A DNA stretch of 64,000 nucleotides, taken from positions 6,361 through 70,360 of the forward strand of contig JACQKK010000032.1 of assembly GCA_016204605.1 (NCBI GenBank), read 5' to 3'. The position numbers and the translations under genes are program-made. Shown piece by piece: positions 8,755 to 18,578 of this stretch. The notes beneath the pieces are model-generated. The model ran no database searches, had not been told where the DNA came from, and worked only from the letters and a program-made list of their open reading frames with translations. The stretch is from Candidatus Lambdaproteobacteria bacterium (GTDB lineage: Bacteria > SAR324 > JACQKK01). How positions within the stretch are numbered: position 1 is the first letter of the stretch; each line of letters begins with the position of its first letter.

Positions 8755-9669
8755 ATGCCCGAGCTGCCCGACATCACGGTGTACATCGAGGCGCTGGCCG
8801 CGCGCATCGGGGGGCAGCCCCTGGAGCGGGTACGGCTGGCGAGCCCCTTCCTGCTGCGCTCCGTCGAGCCGCCGCTCAAGGCCGCGGAGGGCCGGCGCGT
8901 GGTCGGGCTGCGCCGGCTGGGCAAGCGCATCGTCTGGGCGATGGAGGATGGGCTGTTCCTGGTGTTCCACCTGATGATCGCGGGGCGTTTCCGCTGGCGG
9001 CCGCCCGGCGCGAAGGTGCCCGGCAGGCTCGGCCTGGCCGCCTTCGACTTCCCCACCGGCGCGCTGCTGCTCACCGAGGCCGGCACGAAGAAGCGCGCCT
9101 CGCTCCACGTCGTGCAGGGCGAGGCGGCGCTGGCCGCCCACGATCCGGGCGGACTGGAGGTGCTGGACGCCGGGCCGGCGGCGTTCGAGGCGGCCCTCAC
9201 GCGGGAGAACCGCACCCTCAAGCGCGCCCTCACGGACCCGCGCCTGTTCAGCGGGATCGGCAACGCCTACTCGGACGAGATCCTGCACCGGGCGCGCCTC
9301 TCGCCGCTCCTGCGCACCAGCCAGCTCGACCCGACGCAGGTCGCGCGCCTGCGCACCGCCACGCACGACGTGTTGCACGAGTGGATCGACCGTCTGCGGG
9401 ACGAAGCCGCGAGCGGCTTCCCCGAAAAGGTGACGGCGTTCCGCGAGGGCATGGCGGTGCACGGGCGCTACGGGCAGCCCTGCCCCGTCTGCGGCGCACC
9501 CGTCCAGCGCATCGTCTACGCGGAGAACGAGGCCAACTACTGCGCCCCCTGCCAGACGGGCGGGAAGCTGCTGGCCGATCGCGCGCTCTCGCGGCTGCTC
9601 CGGGGCGACTGGCCCCGCACCCTCGAGGAGCTGGAGGCGCTGAAAGCCGGCGCGCGGGCGGGGAAGTGA
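8755..9669 (+). CDS. Fpg/Nei family DNA glycosylase
   Basis: N-terminal MPELPD, RRLGK, FHLMIAG, H2TH motif SGIGNAYSDEIL, zinc finger CPVC...YCAPCQ. Confidence 0.92.
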   Translation: MPELPDITVYIEALAARIGGQPLERVRLASPFLLRSVEPPLKAAEGRRVVGLRRLGKRIVWAMEDGLFLVFHLMIAGRFRWRPPGAKVPGRLGLAAFDFPTGALLLTEAGTKKRASLHVVQGEAALAAHDPGGLEVLDAGPAAFEAALTRENRTLKRALTDPRLFSGIGNAYSDEILHRARLSPLLRTSQLDPTQVARLRTATHDVLHEWIDRLRDEAASGFPEKVTAFREGMAVHGRYGQPCPVCGAPVQRIVYAENEANYCAPCQTGGKLLADRALSRLLRGDWPRTLEELEALKAGARAGK

Positions 9670-9699
9670 CTCCGTTTGAAATCGGTCGCGTGTGACCTC

Positions 9700-9806
9700 G
9701 GCCTCACCCTCCCCCGACCCTCCCTCTCCAGGCGGAGAGGGAGGGAGCGCCTGATCAGCAAACGGGGCGGTCTGTAGATTGTCCCCTCTCCCCCAGGAGA
9801 GGGGGC
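9700..9806. repeat. REP-like repeat (type B) plus a second CCCTCTCC/GGAGAGGG hairpin
   Basis: ggcctcaccctcccc.g.ccctccctctcc..gcggagagggagg, near-identical to 58996-59040. Confidence 0.8.
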
Positions 9807-10026
9807 AGCCGCGTCAGCGGCGGGGGTGAGGCTGCGGCGATACCGGCAGAATTCCGGCAGACGGAGACACTACCGCGGGCGGGCGCCGGTTGACAGCGGC
9901 CGTGCCCCCGCCTTAGCGTGACCGGGGCCGAATTCCGAAGCGCCGGCCCCGCCGTCCCCGTGGCCCCCCGCGGCAAGCCGTCGGGCCGAAGCGCCGCTTG
10001 CGCCAACCCCGCTGCCGACGGTGCCC

Positions 10027-11361
10027 ATGACCAAGGACGAGCTGAAGCGCCGGGTCTGCGAGACCATCGACCGCCATCGCGACGAGATTCTCCGCATCGG
10101 CGAGACGATCCTCCACCAGCCGGAGACCGGGTTCAAGGAAACCAGGACGGCGCGGCTGGTGGCCGAGACCATGGAGCGGCTGGGGCTCAGGCCCCAGACC
10201 GGGCTCGCCATCACGGGGGTCAAGGGCCGGCTGGCGGGCAAGGCCCCCGGCCCCACCCTGGCGATCCTGGGCGAGCTGGACGGCCTGACCGTCTCCGGCC
10301 ACCCCCATGCCGACCCCGCCACCGGCGCCGCCCACGCCTGCGGCCACAACGCCCAGGTGGCCGCCATGCTCGGGGCGGCCATGGGCATCGCGGGGGCGGG
10401 AGCGATGGAGGAGCTGGCGGGGGCGCTGGTGTTCTTCGCCGTACCGGCCGAGGAGCTGATCGAGATCGAGGAGCGCCTGGAGCTGGTGCGCCAGAAAAAG
10501 CTCGGCTTCATGCTCGGCAAGCAGGAGCTGATCCGGCTCGGCCACTTCGACGACGTGGAGCTGGCCATGATGTTCCATGCGGCCAGCAGCGCCGAGTTCC
10601 CCACCGTGGGCCGCATGGTCGATTCCTCGAACGGCGCCGTGGTCAAGCGCATCCGCTTCCTGGGGCGGGCCGCCCATGCGGGCGGGCGGCCCCACATGGG
10701 CGTCAACGCGCTCAGCGCGGCCCTGCTGGCCATCGGCGCCATCCACGCCCAGCGCGAGAGCTTCCGCGAGGCCGATACCGTCCGCATCCACCCCATCATC
10801 ACCAAGGGCGGCGATGCGGTGAGCGTGGTGCCGGCGGAGGTGAAGATCGAGACGTTCGTGCGCGGTGCCACGCTGGAGGCGATCCTCGCCGCCAACCGCA
10901 AGGTGGACCGCTGCCTGCGCGCCGGGGCCATGGCGATGGGCGCCGAGGTCGAGATCGAGACCATCCCGGCCTACCTGCCCCAGCACAACGACCGGGAGCT
11001 GGGCGAGGTGTACGGGGCCAATCTCGCGGCGCTGTTCGGCGCGGGACAGTTCCCCATCGGCGGCCACAAGACCGGCTCGACCGACATGGGCGACCTGGGC
11101 CACCTGATGCCCGTGATCCACCCCTACCTCTCCGGCGGCGAGGGCTCCACCCATGCCGACGACTGGAAGATCGTGGACCGCGAGCGCATCTTCATCACAT
11201 CGGCGAAGCTGCTCGCCATGACCGCCATCGACCTGCTGCACGGCGATGCGGCGCCGGCCCGGCAGGTGCTCGCGCGCCACAAGCCCGCACTCTCGAAGGC
11301 CGCGTACCTGGAGATGCAGGCGCAGCTCTTCGCCACCGAGCGCTACCGCGCGGAAGGCTGA
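10027..11361 (+). CDS. M20 family amidohydrolase (AbgB/ACY1L2-like)
   Basis: PETGFKE, GELDGL, HACGHN, VPAEE, GRAAHAG, GSTDMGD motifs. Confidence 0.9.
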   Translation: MTKDELKRRVCETIDRHRDEILRIGETILHQPETGFKETRTARLVAETMERLGLRPQTGLAITGVKGRLAGKAPGPTLAILGELDGLTVSGHPHADPATGAAHACGHNAQVAAMLGAAMGIAGAGAMEELAGALVFFAVPAEELIEIEERLELVRQKKLGFMLGKQELIRLGHFDDVELAMMFHAASSAEFPTVGRMVDSSNGAVVKRIRFLGRAAHAGGRPHMGVNALSAALLAIGAIHAQRESFREADTVRIHPIITKGGDAVSVVPAEVKIETFVRGATLEAILAANRKVDRCLRAGAMAMGAEVEIETIPAYLPQHNDRELGEVYGANLAALFGAGQFPIGGHKTGSTDMGDLGHLMPVIHPYLSGGEGSTHADDWKIVDRERIFITSAKLLAMTAIDLLHGDAAPARQVLARHKPALSKAAYLEMQAQLFATERYRAEG

Positions 11362-11450
11362 CGTGTCCGCGGGCCTTCGCGAACGAAGGCCCGCTTCCTC
11401 CGCGTCGGCGCAGCCGGCGCGGAACCACCCCGACGAGAGTCCCGAGCGCC

Positions 11451-12518
11451 ATGCCGATGGAACACCTGACCGCCGAGCGCCTGACCTTCCGCAGCGAGGA
11501 GGAGGTGTTGGAGGCGTATCACACGCGCAACTGGAGCGATGGCCTCCCCTTCATCCTCCCCACCGAGGCGCGGGTCGCGGCCATGCTCGCCGGCGCGGGG
11601 CGGCCGGGGCCGGAGGTGATCGGCGTCGTGCCGCCGCGCTGGGCCGAGGCCACCACGGAGCTGATCGCCGTCAATGCCGTGATGGCGGGCTGCAAGGCCG
11701 AGCAGATGCCGGTGCTGATCGCCGCCATCGAGGCCGCCTGCGACCCGGCCTTCTGCCTGTACAGCGTGCAGGCCACCACCCACCCCTGCGGGCTGCTGAT
11801 GGTGGTCAGCGGCGCGGTCGCGACGCGCATCGGGATGAACGCCGGCCACGGCGTGTTCGGGCCGCACCGGGTCAATTCGCCGCTGGGCCGCGCGCTGCGG
11901 CTGGTGCTGCTCAACATCGGCGGGGCCATCCCCGGCAACGGCGACCAATCCACCCAGGGCTCGCCGGGCAAGCACGCCTACTGCATCGCCGAGAACGAGG
12001 CGGGCACGCCCTGGGAGTCGTTCCGCGCGACCAAGGGCTTCACGCGCGAGGAGAGCACCGTCACCGTCTACGCGGCGGAGAGCCCCCACAACATCCACAA
12101 CCAGGTGGTGCGCTCGCCGGGCAGCCTGCTGGCCTCGATCGCCAGCGTGATGGCGACCGTGGGCCACAACAACGCGCTGGCCGTGAAGCACGGCGACCTG
12201 CTGGTGGCGCTCTGCCCGGAGCACGCCCTGTTCCTGGCGCGGGCGGGCCTGACCCTGCGCGATGCGCAGGAGTATCTCTGGGATCACGCCCGCAGCCCCC
12301 TTCGCGCGGTGAAGCACACGTCGTCCCCCAACCGCTTCGCCAACTATCCCGGGTGGGTGGACCTGGACGACGACGACGCGCTGGTGCCCATCGCCGCGAC
12401 CCCGGCCGACATCAACATCGTCGTCACCGGGGGGCCGGGGCTGCACTCGTCGTTCATCCCCACGTTCGGCTTCACCCGCTCCGTGACGCGCCGGATCGAA
12501 ATCCCCACCGGCTGGTGA
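11451..12518 (+). CDS. Uncharacterised UGSC-partner protein, copy 2
   Basis: Aligns along its length with 1937-3001 (WSDGLPFILPTEARV, NAVMAGCK, YSVQATTHPC, QSTQGSPGK, GGPGLHSSFIPTFG). Confidence 0.8.
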   Translation: MPMEHLTAERLTFRSEEEVLEAYHTRNWSDGLPFILPTEARVAAMLAGAGRPGPEVIGVVPPRWAEATTELIAVNAVMAGCKAEQMPVLIAAIEAACDPAFCLYSVQATTHPCGLLMVVSGAVATRIGMNAGHGVFGPHRVNSPLGRALRLVLLNIGGAIPGNGDQSTQGSPGKHAYCIAENEAGTPWESFRATKGFTREESTVTVYAAESPHNIHNQVVRSPGSLLASIASVMATVGHNNALAVKHGDLLVALCPEHALFLARAGLTLRDAQEYLWDHARSPLRAVKHTSSPNRFANYPGWVDLDDDDALVPIAATPADINIVVTGGPGLHSSFIPTFGFTRSVTRRIEIPTGW

Positions 12519-12641
12519 CCGTCATCTGCGCGCGGCTGCCCGGCGTGTAACGGGGTCTCCCGCCCCTCGACCCGCGAGGCGGCCGTGCGCACGAGCGGCG
12601 GCGCCGCCCCTGCCCCAACCCACGACTTTCGGAGGGAACCC

Positions 12642-13703
12642 ATGGAGTTCGGCATCAGCGCCGGCCACATCACGGCCGTGGACTATATCCAGCACGCCGA
12701 GCGGCTCGGCTTCACCCGCTGCTGGATCACCGACACGCCGCTGCTGCGCTCGAACCTGTTCGCGATGTGGGCGGCGGCCGCGCTGCAAACGAAGACCATC
12801 AGGATCGGCTCGGGGGTGGCGGTATGCGGTCTGCGGCTGGCGCCGGAGGCGGCCAACGGCATCGCCACCATCAACGCGCTGGCGCCGGGCCGCACCTATG
12901 CCATCTTCGGGACGGGGAACACGGCCATGCGCATGCTGGGCCTGCCGGCCATGAGCGCCAAGGGGCTGCGCGAGTACGTGCGGGTGGTGCGTGGTCTGCT
13001 GCGCGGGGAGGAGGTGGCCTACTCGGCGGGGAGCGAATCCCATCCGGTGCGGTTCACCGCGCTCGAGCAGAAGCAGATCCGGCTGGAGCCGCCGGTGCCG
13101 ATCCACATTGCGGCCAACGGCCCGCTCGGGCAGGCCGTGGCGGGCGAGATCGCCGACGGCCTCTGCACCGCCATCCCCCGCGGCGGCACGATCGGCCAGG
13201 CCATGGCCAACGTCCGCCGCGGCGCGGAACGCGCGGGCCGCAAGCTGCCGGCCGGCTTCCACACCGCGGCCCTGCTCAACGTGCTGATGCTGGAGCCGGG
13301 CGAGGCGCTCAACTCGCCGCGCGTGATCGCCGAGGTCGGGCCGGCCATCATGACCAACTTCCACTATCTGGTGGATTGGGTGCACCAGTTCGGTTTCGAG
13401 CCGCCGCCCTACGTGCGCCCCGTATGGAACGACTACATGGCGTTCCGCCGCGCCCGCGCCGCCGGCGATGCGCACCTGACCATGCACGCCAGCCACTACG
13501 CCGCGATCGACCCCGAGGAGGCGCGCTTCATCACGCCGGAGATCATCCGCGCCCTGTGCATCGTGGGCGAGCCGCCCGAGCTGGTCGAGCGACTGCGCCA
13601 GCTCGACCGCGACGGGCTGAACCAGGTCACCTTCCATCCGACCTTCGAGCGGCGTTACGAGGTCATCGAGCGGTTCGCCCGACTGGTGATGGCCAGGATG
13701 TGA
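12642..13703 (+). CDS. LLM-class (luciferase-like) flavin-dependent oxidoreductase
   Basis: AERLGFTRCWITD, TIRIGSGV, ATINALAPGR, PIHIAANGP, AGEIADG; RBS ggagg. Confidence 0.9.
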   Translation: MEFGISAGHITAVDYIQHAERLGFTRCWITDTPLLRSNLFAMWAAAALQTKTIRIGSGVAVCGLRLAPEAANGIATINALAPGRTYAIFGTGNTAMRMLGLPAMSAKGLREYVRVVRGLLRGEEVAYSAGSESHPVRFTALEQKQIRLEPPVPIHIAANGPLGQAVAGEIADGLCTAIPRGGTIGQAMANVRRGAERAGRKLPAGFHTAALLNVLMLEPGEALNSPRVIAEVGPAIMTNFHYLVDWVHQFGFEPPPYVRPVWNDYMAFRRARAAGDAHLTMHASHYAAIDPEEARFITPEIIRALCIVGEPPELVERLRQLDRDGLNQVTFHPTFERRYEVIERFARLVMARM

Positions 13704-13768
13704 GGGCGGCCCGCCCCGCCACGGCCCGCCCCGCCACAGAAGAGCGCCGCAACCCCCGGAGCCGAGCC

Positions 13769-15127
13769 ATGCCGCAGCGCGCGACCACGCTGGCCGGTGC
13801 GTACTGGTTCTTCATGCCGCTGATCCTCGTGGCGGAGATGATGACCATCACGCATTCGATCATCCTCGCCACGCTGGCGCGCGTGCCCAACCCGCAGACG
13901 GCGCTCGCCGCCTACAACATCGCCTTCTCGGTGCACAACATCATCGGCAGCCCCGGCTGGGCCATGGCGTTCATCGCGCTGGCCTATGCGCGCGACCGGC
14001 GTTCGTCGCGCACGCTGCTCGCCGTCAACGCCTGGCTGCTGATCGCGTTGATGGCGGGGTACTTCTCCGTCGGCCTGACGCCGCTCGGCGACTGGGTGTA
14101 CGGCACCCTGCTCGGGGGCAGTCCGGAGGTGGTGCGGCAGGCCCGCCGCTGCACGGTGATCCTGTTCTTCATCATGCCCGCGGTCGCCTTCCGCTCCTAC
14201 ATGCAGGCCCTGCTGATGATCCACCAGCAGACGCTGTTCGTCACGATGGGCACGGTGGCGCGCGTGCTCGGCGCGCTCGGCGCCTCGACGGTGCTGCCAC
14301 TCTGGCTGGACGATGGCACGATCGGCGCCTTCACCCACCTCACCTGCGTCAACTTCGAGGCCCTGGTGATGACGGCCGCCGGCTGGCGCTTCTACCGCGC
14401 CCTGCCCGAGCGGCGGGAGGAGCCGGCGCCGCGCTACCGCGACCTCTGGAAGTTCGGCTGGCCGCTCGTCGTCAACCAGTACGCGGAGCACGGGGTGGTG
14501 ATCGGGATCAGCTTCTACATCGGCCGGCTCAGCCAGGCGGACCGGGGCCAGGCCGCGTTCGGCGTGGCCGCGGGACTGGCACGCCTGCTGCTCGGCCCGG
14601 TGCGGAACCTGACCTATACCACCCAGGCGCTGACGCGGGGCGCGGGCGACCGCAAGCTGATGCTGCGCTTCACCTGGCAGGTGGTGGCCATCTTCGCCGG
14701 CCTGATCGTGCTGCTGTTCTATACGCCGCTCGACCGGTGGGTGCTGCACACGGTGATGGGGCTGAAGCCGGAGATGGCGGACTACGTGGCGCCGGCCCTG
14801 CTGTATGCGCTGCTGATGGCACCCTCCTGGGGCTACGCCTCGACGTTCCGCGGGCTGCTTTCGGCCGCGCACCATACGGGCCCGATCGCCACCGCGAGCG
14901 CCGTACGCATCGCCGTGGTGCTGCTGATCGGGCTGGTGACGCTGCTCCACCCCGGGATGAACGGCGCCGTGTTCGGGATCGTGGCCCTTGCCGTGGCCTA
15001 CGCCTCGGAGGGGCTGGTGTTGGGCTGGCCGCTGCTGTTCGGGCGTCTGCGGGTGGCGGACGCCGGTGCCGTTCCGCCCGCCCAGCCCGCCAAGGCGGAG
15101 ACCGCCGCCGGGCCTGCCTCCCGCTGA
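13769..15127 (+). CDS. MATE/MOP-flippase-like multi-pass membrane transporter
   Basis: About 12 hydrophobic segments in two repeated halves (W.FFMPL / WKFGWPL). Confidence 0.65.
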   Translation: MPQRATTLAGAYWFFMPLILVAEMMTITHSIILATLARVPNPQTALAAYNIAFSVHNIIGSPGWAMAFIALAYARDRRSSRTLLAVNAWLLIALMAGYFSVGLTPLGDWVYGTLLGGSPEVVRQARRCTVILFFIMPAVAFRSYMQALLMIHQQTLFVTMGTVARVLGALGASTVLPLWLDDGTIGAFTHLTCVNFEALVMTAAGWRFYRALPERREEPAPRYRDLWKFGWPLVVNQYAEHGVVIGISFYIGRLSQADRGQAAFGVAAGLARLLLGPVRNLTYTTQALTRGAGDRKLMLRFTWQVVAIFAGLIVLLFYTPLDRWVLHTVMGLKPEMADYVAPALLYALLMAPSWGYASTFRGLLSAAHHTGPIATASAVRIAVVLLIGLVTLLHPGMNGAVFGIVALAVAYASEGLVLGWPLLFGRLRVADAGAVPPAQPAKAETAAGPASR

Positions 15128-15214
15128 GGCCCGCCCAGCGGGCGCCCAGCGGGGGTGTCGGGGGCGGAGTGCCTGCCGCCCCGCCAAAATTCGGCTTGCG
15201 AAACGGAAAAGGGA

Positions 15215-16213
15215 TCAAACCGTGTCATCGTAATCGGCCGCCGGCGGCGTGGCCGGGGGGCGGGCCTCGCCGAGCACGATGGCGGCGGCGGCGGCCAATG
15301 CCGTCGCCTGTGCGAGGCCGAGCCCCGTGCGCGCGATCAGCCACAAGGTGGAAGGGTAAGGCGGCTGGAGCATCAGCGGCACGAATTCGCCCAGGATGAA
15401 CAGCTCGATTCCGAACACCAGCGCGAGTTGGGGCGGCGTGGCCCGCACCACCAGCGCCAGCGGCACCAGCGGCACCACAAGCGCCACCCCCCGCAGCGCC
15501 AGCAGCAGCAGCAGCGCCCCGGCACGGAGGGCGCCCGCCAGGGTCACGCCGGCCGCCGCCAGGGGCGCGACGCCATCGCTCGGCGCGCCGCCGCCGCCGA
15601 GCGCGACCTCCCGCAGGCGCAGCCAGGGGTTGGGGTGCAGCAGCGGGGCCAGCAACGGCTGGCTGTGGGCCACCAGCAGCGTATCGAGCCAGCCCGCCGC
15701 CAGCGCCAGTGCCGCGGCTGCAAGGCCGAGGCCGCCCAGCCAGCGCAGCCAGGTGCCGGGGCTGCGCATGCGCCAGCGCCCGACCAGGCTCGCCCAGCCG
15801 ATGGTGCCGCCCGCGGGGCGCAGCAGCAGGCCCAGCGTGGCCGCGGCCAGCAGCGCCCCGAGCAGGTCGGGCCAGGCCGAGCGTGGCAGCGTGTAGGGCA
15901 GCGCCACGATGGCCAGCGCATCGGCCAGCTGCGCCAGCGCCCACGACGGCAGCGGGCCGATCCCCAGCAGCAGCGCGGCGGCCACCCCCACCGCGGCGGC
16001 CCGGCTCCAGGCGATCCGCGCCAGCGGCGGGCGGCAGGCGAACGAGATCAGCACGCCCGCCAGGAACGCCTGCACGAGCGGGCTCTGCAGTGCGATGCCC
16101 TGCCAATGCAGGCCCTGGGGCAGCTCACGCCCCAGCGCGAACGCGAGCCCGGTGGCGATCGGCGCCAGCGTGACGGTCACGGCCGAGGGGCGCCGGGAAG
16201 CGGTGGTGGCCAT
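15215..16213 (-). CDS. Hypothetical integral membrane protein
   Basis: Long, very hydrophobic Leu/Ala/Trp-rich ORF filling the gap between two plus-strand genes; family not recognised. Confidence 0.55.
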   Translation of the reverse strand: MATTASRRPSAVTVTLAPIATGLAFALGRELPQGLHWQGIALQSPLVQAFLAGVLISFACRPPLARIAWSRAAAVGVAAALLLGIGPLPSWALAQLADALAIVALPYTLPRSAWPDLLGALLAAATLGLLLRPAGGTIGWASLVGRWRMRSPGTWLRWLGGLGLAAAALALAAGWLDTLLVAHSQPLLAPLLHPNPWLRLREVALGGGGAPSDGVAPLAAAGVTLAGALRAGALLLLLALRGVALVVPLVPLALVVRATPPQLALVFGIELFILGEFVPLMLQPPYPSTLWLIARTGLGLAQATALAAAAAIVLGEARPPATPPAADYDDTV

Positions 16214-16588
16214 GCGCTGCGCTGCGCTCGAGGTTCGCCCGGGGCGCGCCGGAGCGCGAGAGGCGCTCGCGGCAACGGTGCGGCTGCCCGCCCGGCCGTC
16301 ACGGTGCCGGGTGCACCCGGCCGGAACAGGAGCCGGGCGAGTATAGTCCGATCGGGCCGTAGAGTGCTACGGGAGGCGGCGATCGGCCCCCGATGCCAAT
16401 TGGCGACGCCGCGATTTCGAGCGGCGCCCGCCGATGGGCCTGGACATACGATCGCCAAGGTGTTGAGATAGGCGCGCCGTCGCCGGAGATACGCCGTGGG
16501 TCGAGCGGGGGCTCGGCCGGCCGTACCGACACGCGCGGCTTCCTTCGCCCGGACACCATCAACCCGAGCCACCACCGCAGGGGGATCC

Positions 16589-18178
16589 ATGACACGCAGG
16601 CCATCAATCCTGGTGGCGGTCGCGGCGATGCTGCTCTCGCTGATCAGCAGCGGCTCCGCGCTTGCCCAGCAGTATGGCGGTATCCTGAAATCGATGCAGC
16701 GGGCAAATCCCGGCAGCCTCTCGACGCACGAGGAAGCGAGTTTCGTGCCGAGCTGGGTGACCATGTCCATCTACGACCAACTGGTGGCATACGATCCGCT
16801 GAAGGTGGTGGAATCGGTCGATACCATCATCCCGGGGCTGGCGAAGAGCTGGCGCTGGAACGCCGATCACACCGCGCTGACCTTCACGCTGAACCAAGGC
16901 GTCAAGTGGCAGGATGGCAAGCCCTTCTCGGCGGCCGACGTCAAGTCCACCTACGACATCGTGCGCGGCGCCTCCAGGCAGCGCCTGAAGCTGAATCCGC
17001 GCAGGCTCTGGTATGCGAGCATCAAGGACATCACCACGAGCGGGGAGCACGAGGTCAGCTTTCACCTCAGCCGGCCGCAGCCTTCGCTGCTGATGATGCT
17101 GGGATCGGGCTACTCGCCGGTGCACGCGGCGCACGTGCCCGTGGCGAAATGGCGTACCGAGACGATGGGCACCGGGCCCTTCGCCCTGACGGAGTTCAAG
17201 CGCGACCAGATCATCAAGGTGCGCAAGAACCCGGAATACTTCGTCAAGGGCCGGCCGTACCTCGAGGGGATCGATTTCATCATCATCCGCAGCGGGGGCA
17301 CCCGCATCGCCGCGATGATCGCCGGCCAGCTCGACGTCTCCCAACCCACCGAGACCGACCAGAAGGTCTACGACCGGCTGAAGGCGCAAGTGCCGACGAT
17401 GGCGTTCAACAAGACGTACCTGGCCTCGAACGTGAACGTGATCATCAACGCGGCCAGGCCGCCCTTCAACGATGCGCGCCTGCGGGCCGCGGTGAACCTG
17501 GCCGTCGACCGGGGGGCGTACACGAAGGCCGTGCAGCCCGGATACCTGGTGGGCGGCTTCCTGACGCCGGTGCCCCATGGCTCCTGGGGGTTGACCGCGG
17601 AGCAGCTGGGTGGCGTCCAGGGCTACGGCGATCCGGAGAAGAACAAGGAGCGGGCGCGCGGGATCATGCGGCAGCTCGGCTACAGCGAAGGCAAGCCGCT
17701 CAAGGTCACCGTCACCACCCGCCAGACTTCGAACTACGTGGACGCGGCCACCTGGATGCTCGGGGAGCTGAAGCTGGTCCATTTCGATCCCACCCTCGAG
17801 ATCGTCGAGGACGGGGTGTGGCACCCGAAGGTCTCCCGGCGCGAATACGCGATCGGGCTCAACGCCACGGGCTCCGGCATCGACGACCCCGACGTGACGT
17901 TCGTCGAGAACTTCAGCTGCGACTCGATCCGGAACTACTCCGGATACTGCAACCGGGAGCTCGAGAAGGAGTTCAACCGCCAATCCGAAATCACCGACGT
18001 GCAGGAGCGGCTCAAACTGGCCAACGAGATCGAGCGCAAGCTGGTGGAGGATGTGGCCCGCATCTCGCTCGGGTTCCGGGTGAACTACAACGCCCGCTAC
18101 CCGTATGTGAAGAACTTCGTCGGCCACAACACCAACTACAATTGGCCCCTCTGGGCCGACGTCTGGCTGAGCAAGTGA
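16589..18178 (+). CDS. ABC transporter family-5 solute-binding protein
   Basis: Signal peptide (..SALA/QQYGG), PGLAKSW, GVKWQDGKPFSAADV, GTGPF, RNYSGYCN. Confidence 0.93.
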   Translation: MTRRPSILVAVAAMLLSLISSGSALAQQYGGILKSMQRANPGSLSTHEEASFVPSWVTMSIYDQLVAYDPLKVVESVDTIIPGLAKSWRWNADHTALTFTLNQGVKWQDGKPFSAADVKSTYDIVRGASRQRLKLNPRRLWYASIKDITTSGEHEVSFHLSRPQPSLLMMLGSGYSPVHAAHVPVAKWRTETMGTGPFALTEFKRDQIIKVRKNPEYFVKGRPYLEGIDFIIIRSGGTRIAAMIAGQLDVSQPTETDQKVYDRLKAQVPTMAFNKTYLASNVNVIINAARPPFNDARLRAAVNLAVDRGAYTKAVQPGYLVGGFLTPVPHGSWGLTAEQLGGVQGYGDPEKNKERARGIMRQLGYSEGKPLKVTVTTRQTSNYVDAATWMLGELKLVHFDPTLEIVEDGVWHPKVSRREYAIGLNATGSGIDDPDVTFVENFSCDSIRNYSGYCNRELEKEFNRQSEITDVQERLKLANEIERKLVEDVARISLGFRVNYNARYPYVKNFVGHNTNYNWPLWADVWLSK

Positions 18179-18578
18179 CCCACCCGGCTGCGCCGCCCCG
18201 AGTCCCGGCGGCGGCGCAAGGTTCCGGCGGGCGGCACTGCGCGCGGATATACCCCGGCGCGGCACCGCCCGGGGCGCGTCGCTGCGAGCGCCGTCCGCTG
18301 CGAATCCGCCGTACGCCCCCTCGCGCAAGCAAGAAGCGTCGCGCTTTGCGCCCCTGCGCGGCGGCCGCGGAAGCCTCGCGGCGGGGCTTGACTTTTGGGG
18401 TGCGGTGATGGTCTAAATGCACTCCTCTGGCAGTCTGGGGGAAGTCGCAGCGGTGTGGCTGGCAGGAGTGGGCTGGAGGAACGGGCCGCGAGCCGATCGG
18501 GGCGGGACCGGTCAACGGAAGATCCTGGCGTGGCGAGGCGTGCACGAGCCTCCTGCGCCGTGCGAGAGGAGTACCACC

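Noticed and set aside
9918-12518. 866-aa ORF suggesting a large fusion protein
   Set aside because: The first 511 codons are an off-frame overlap of the amidohydrolase; homology to 1937-3001 begins at ATG 11451.
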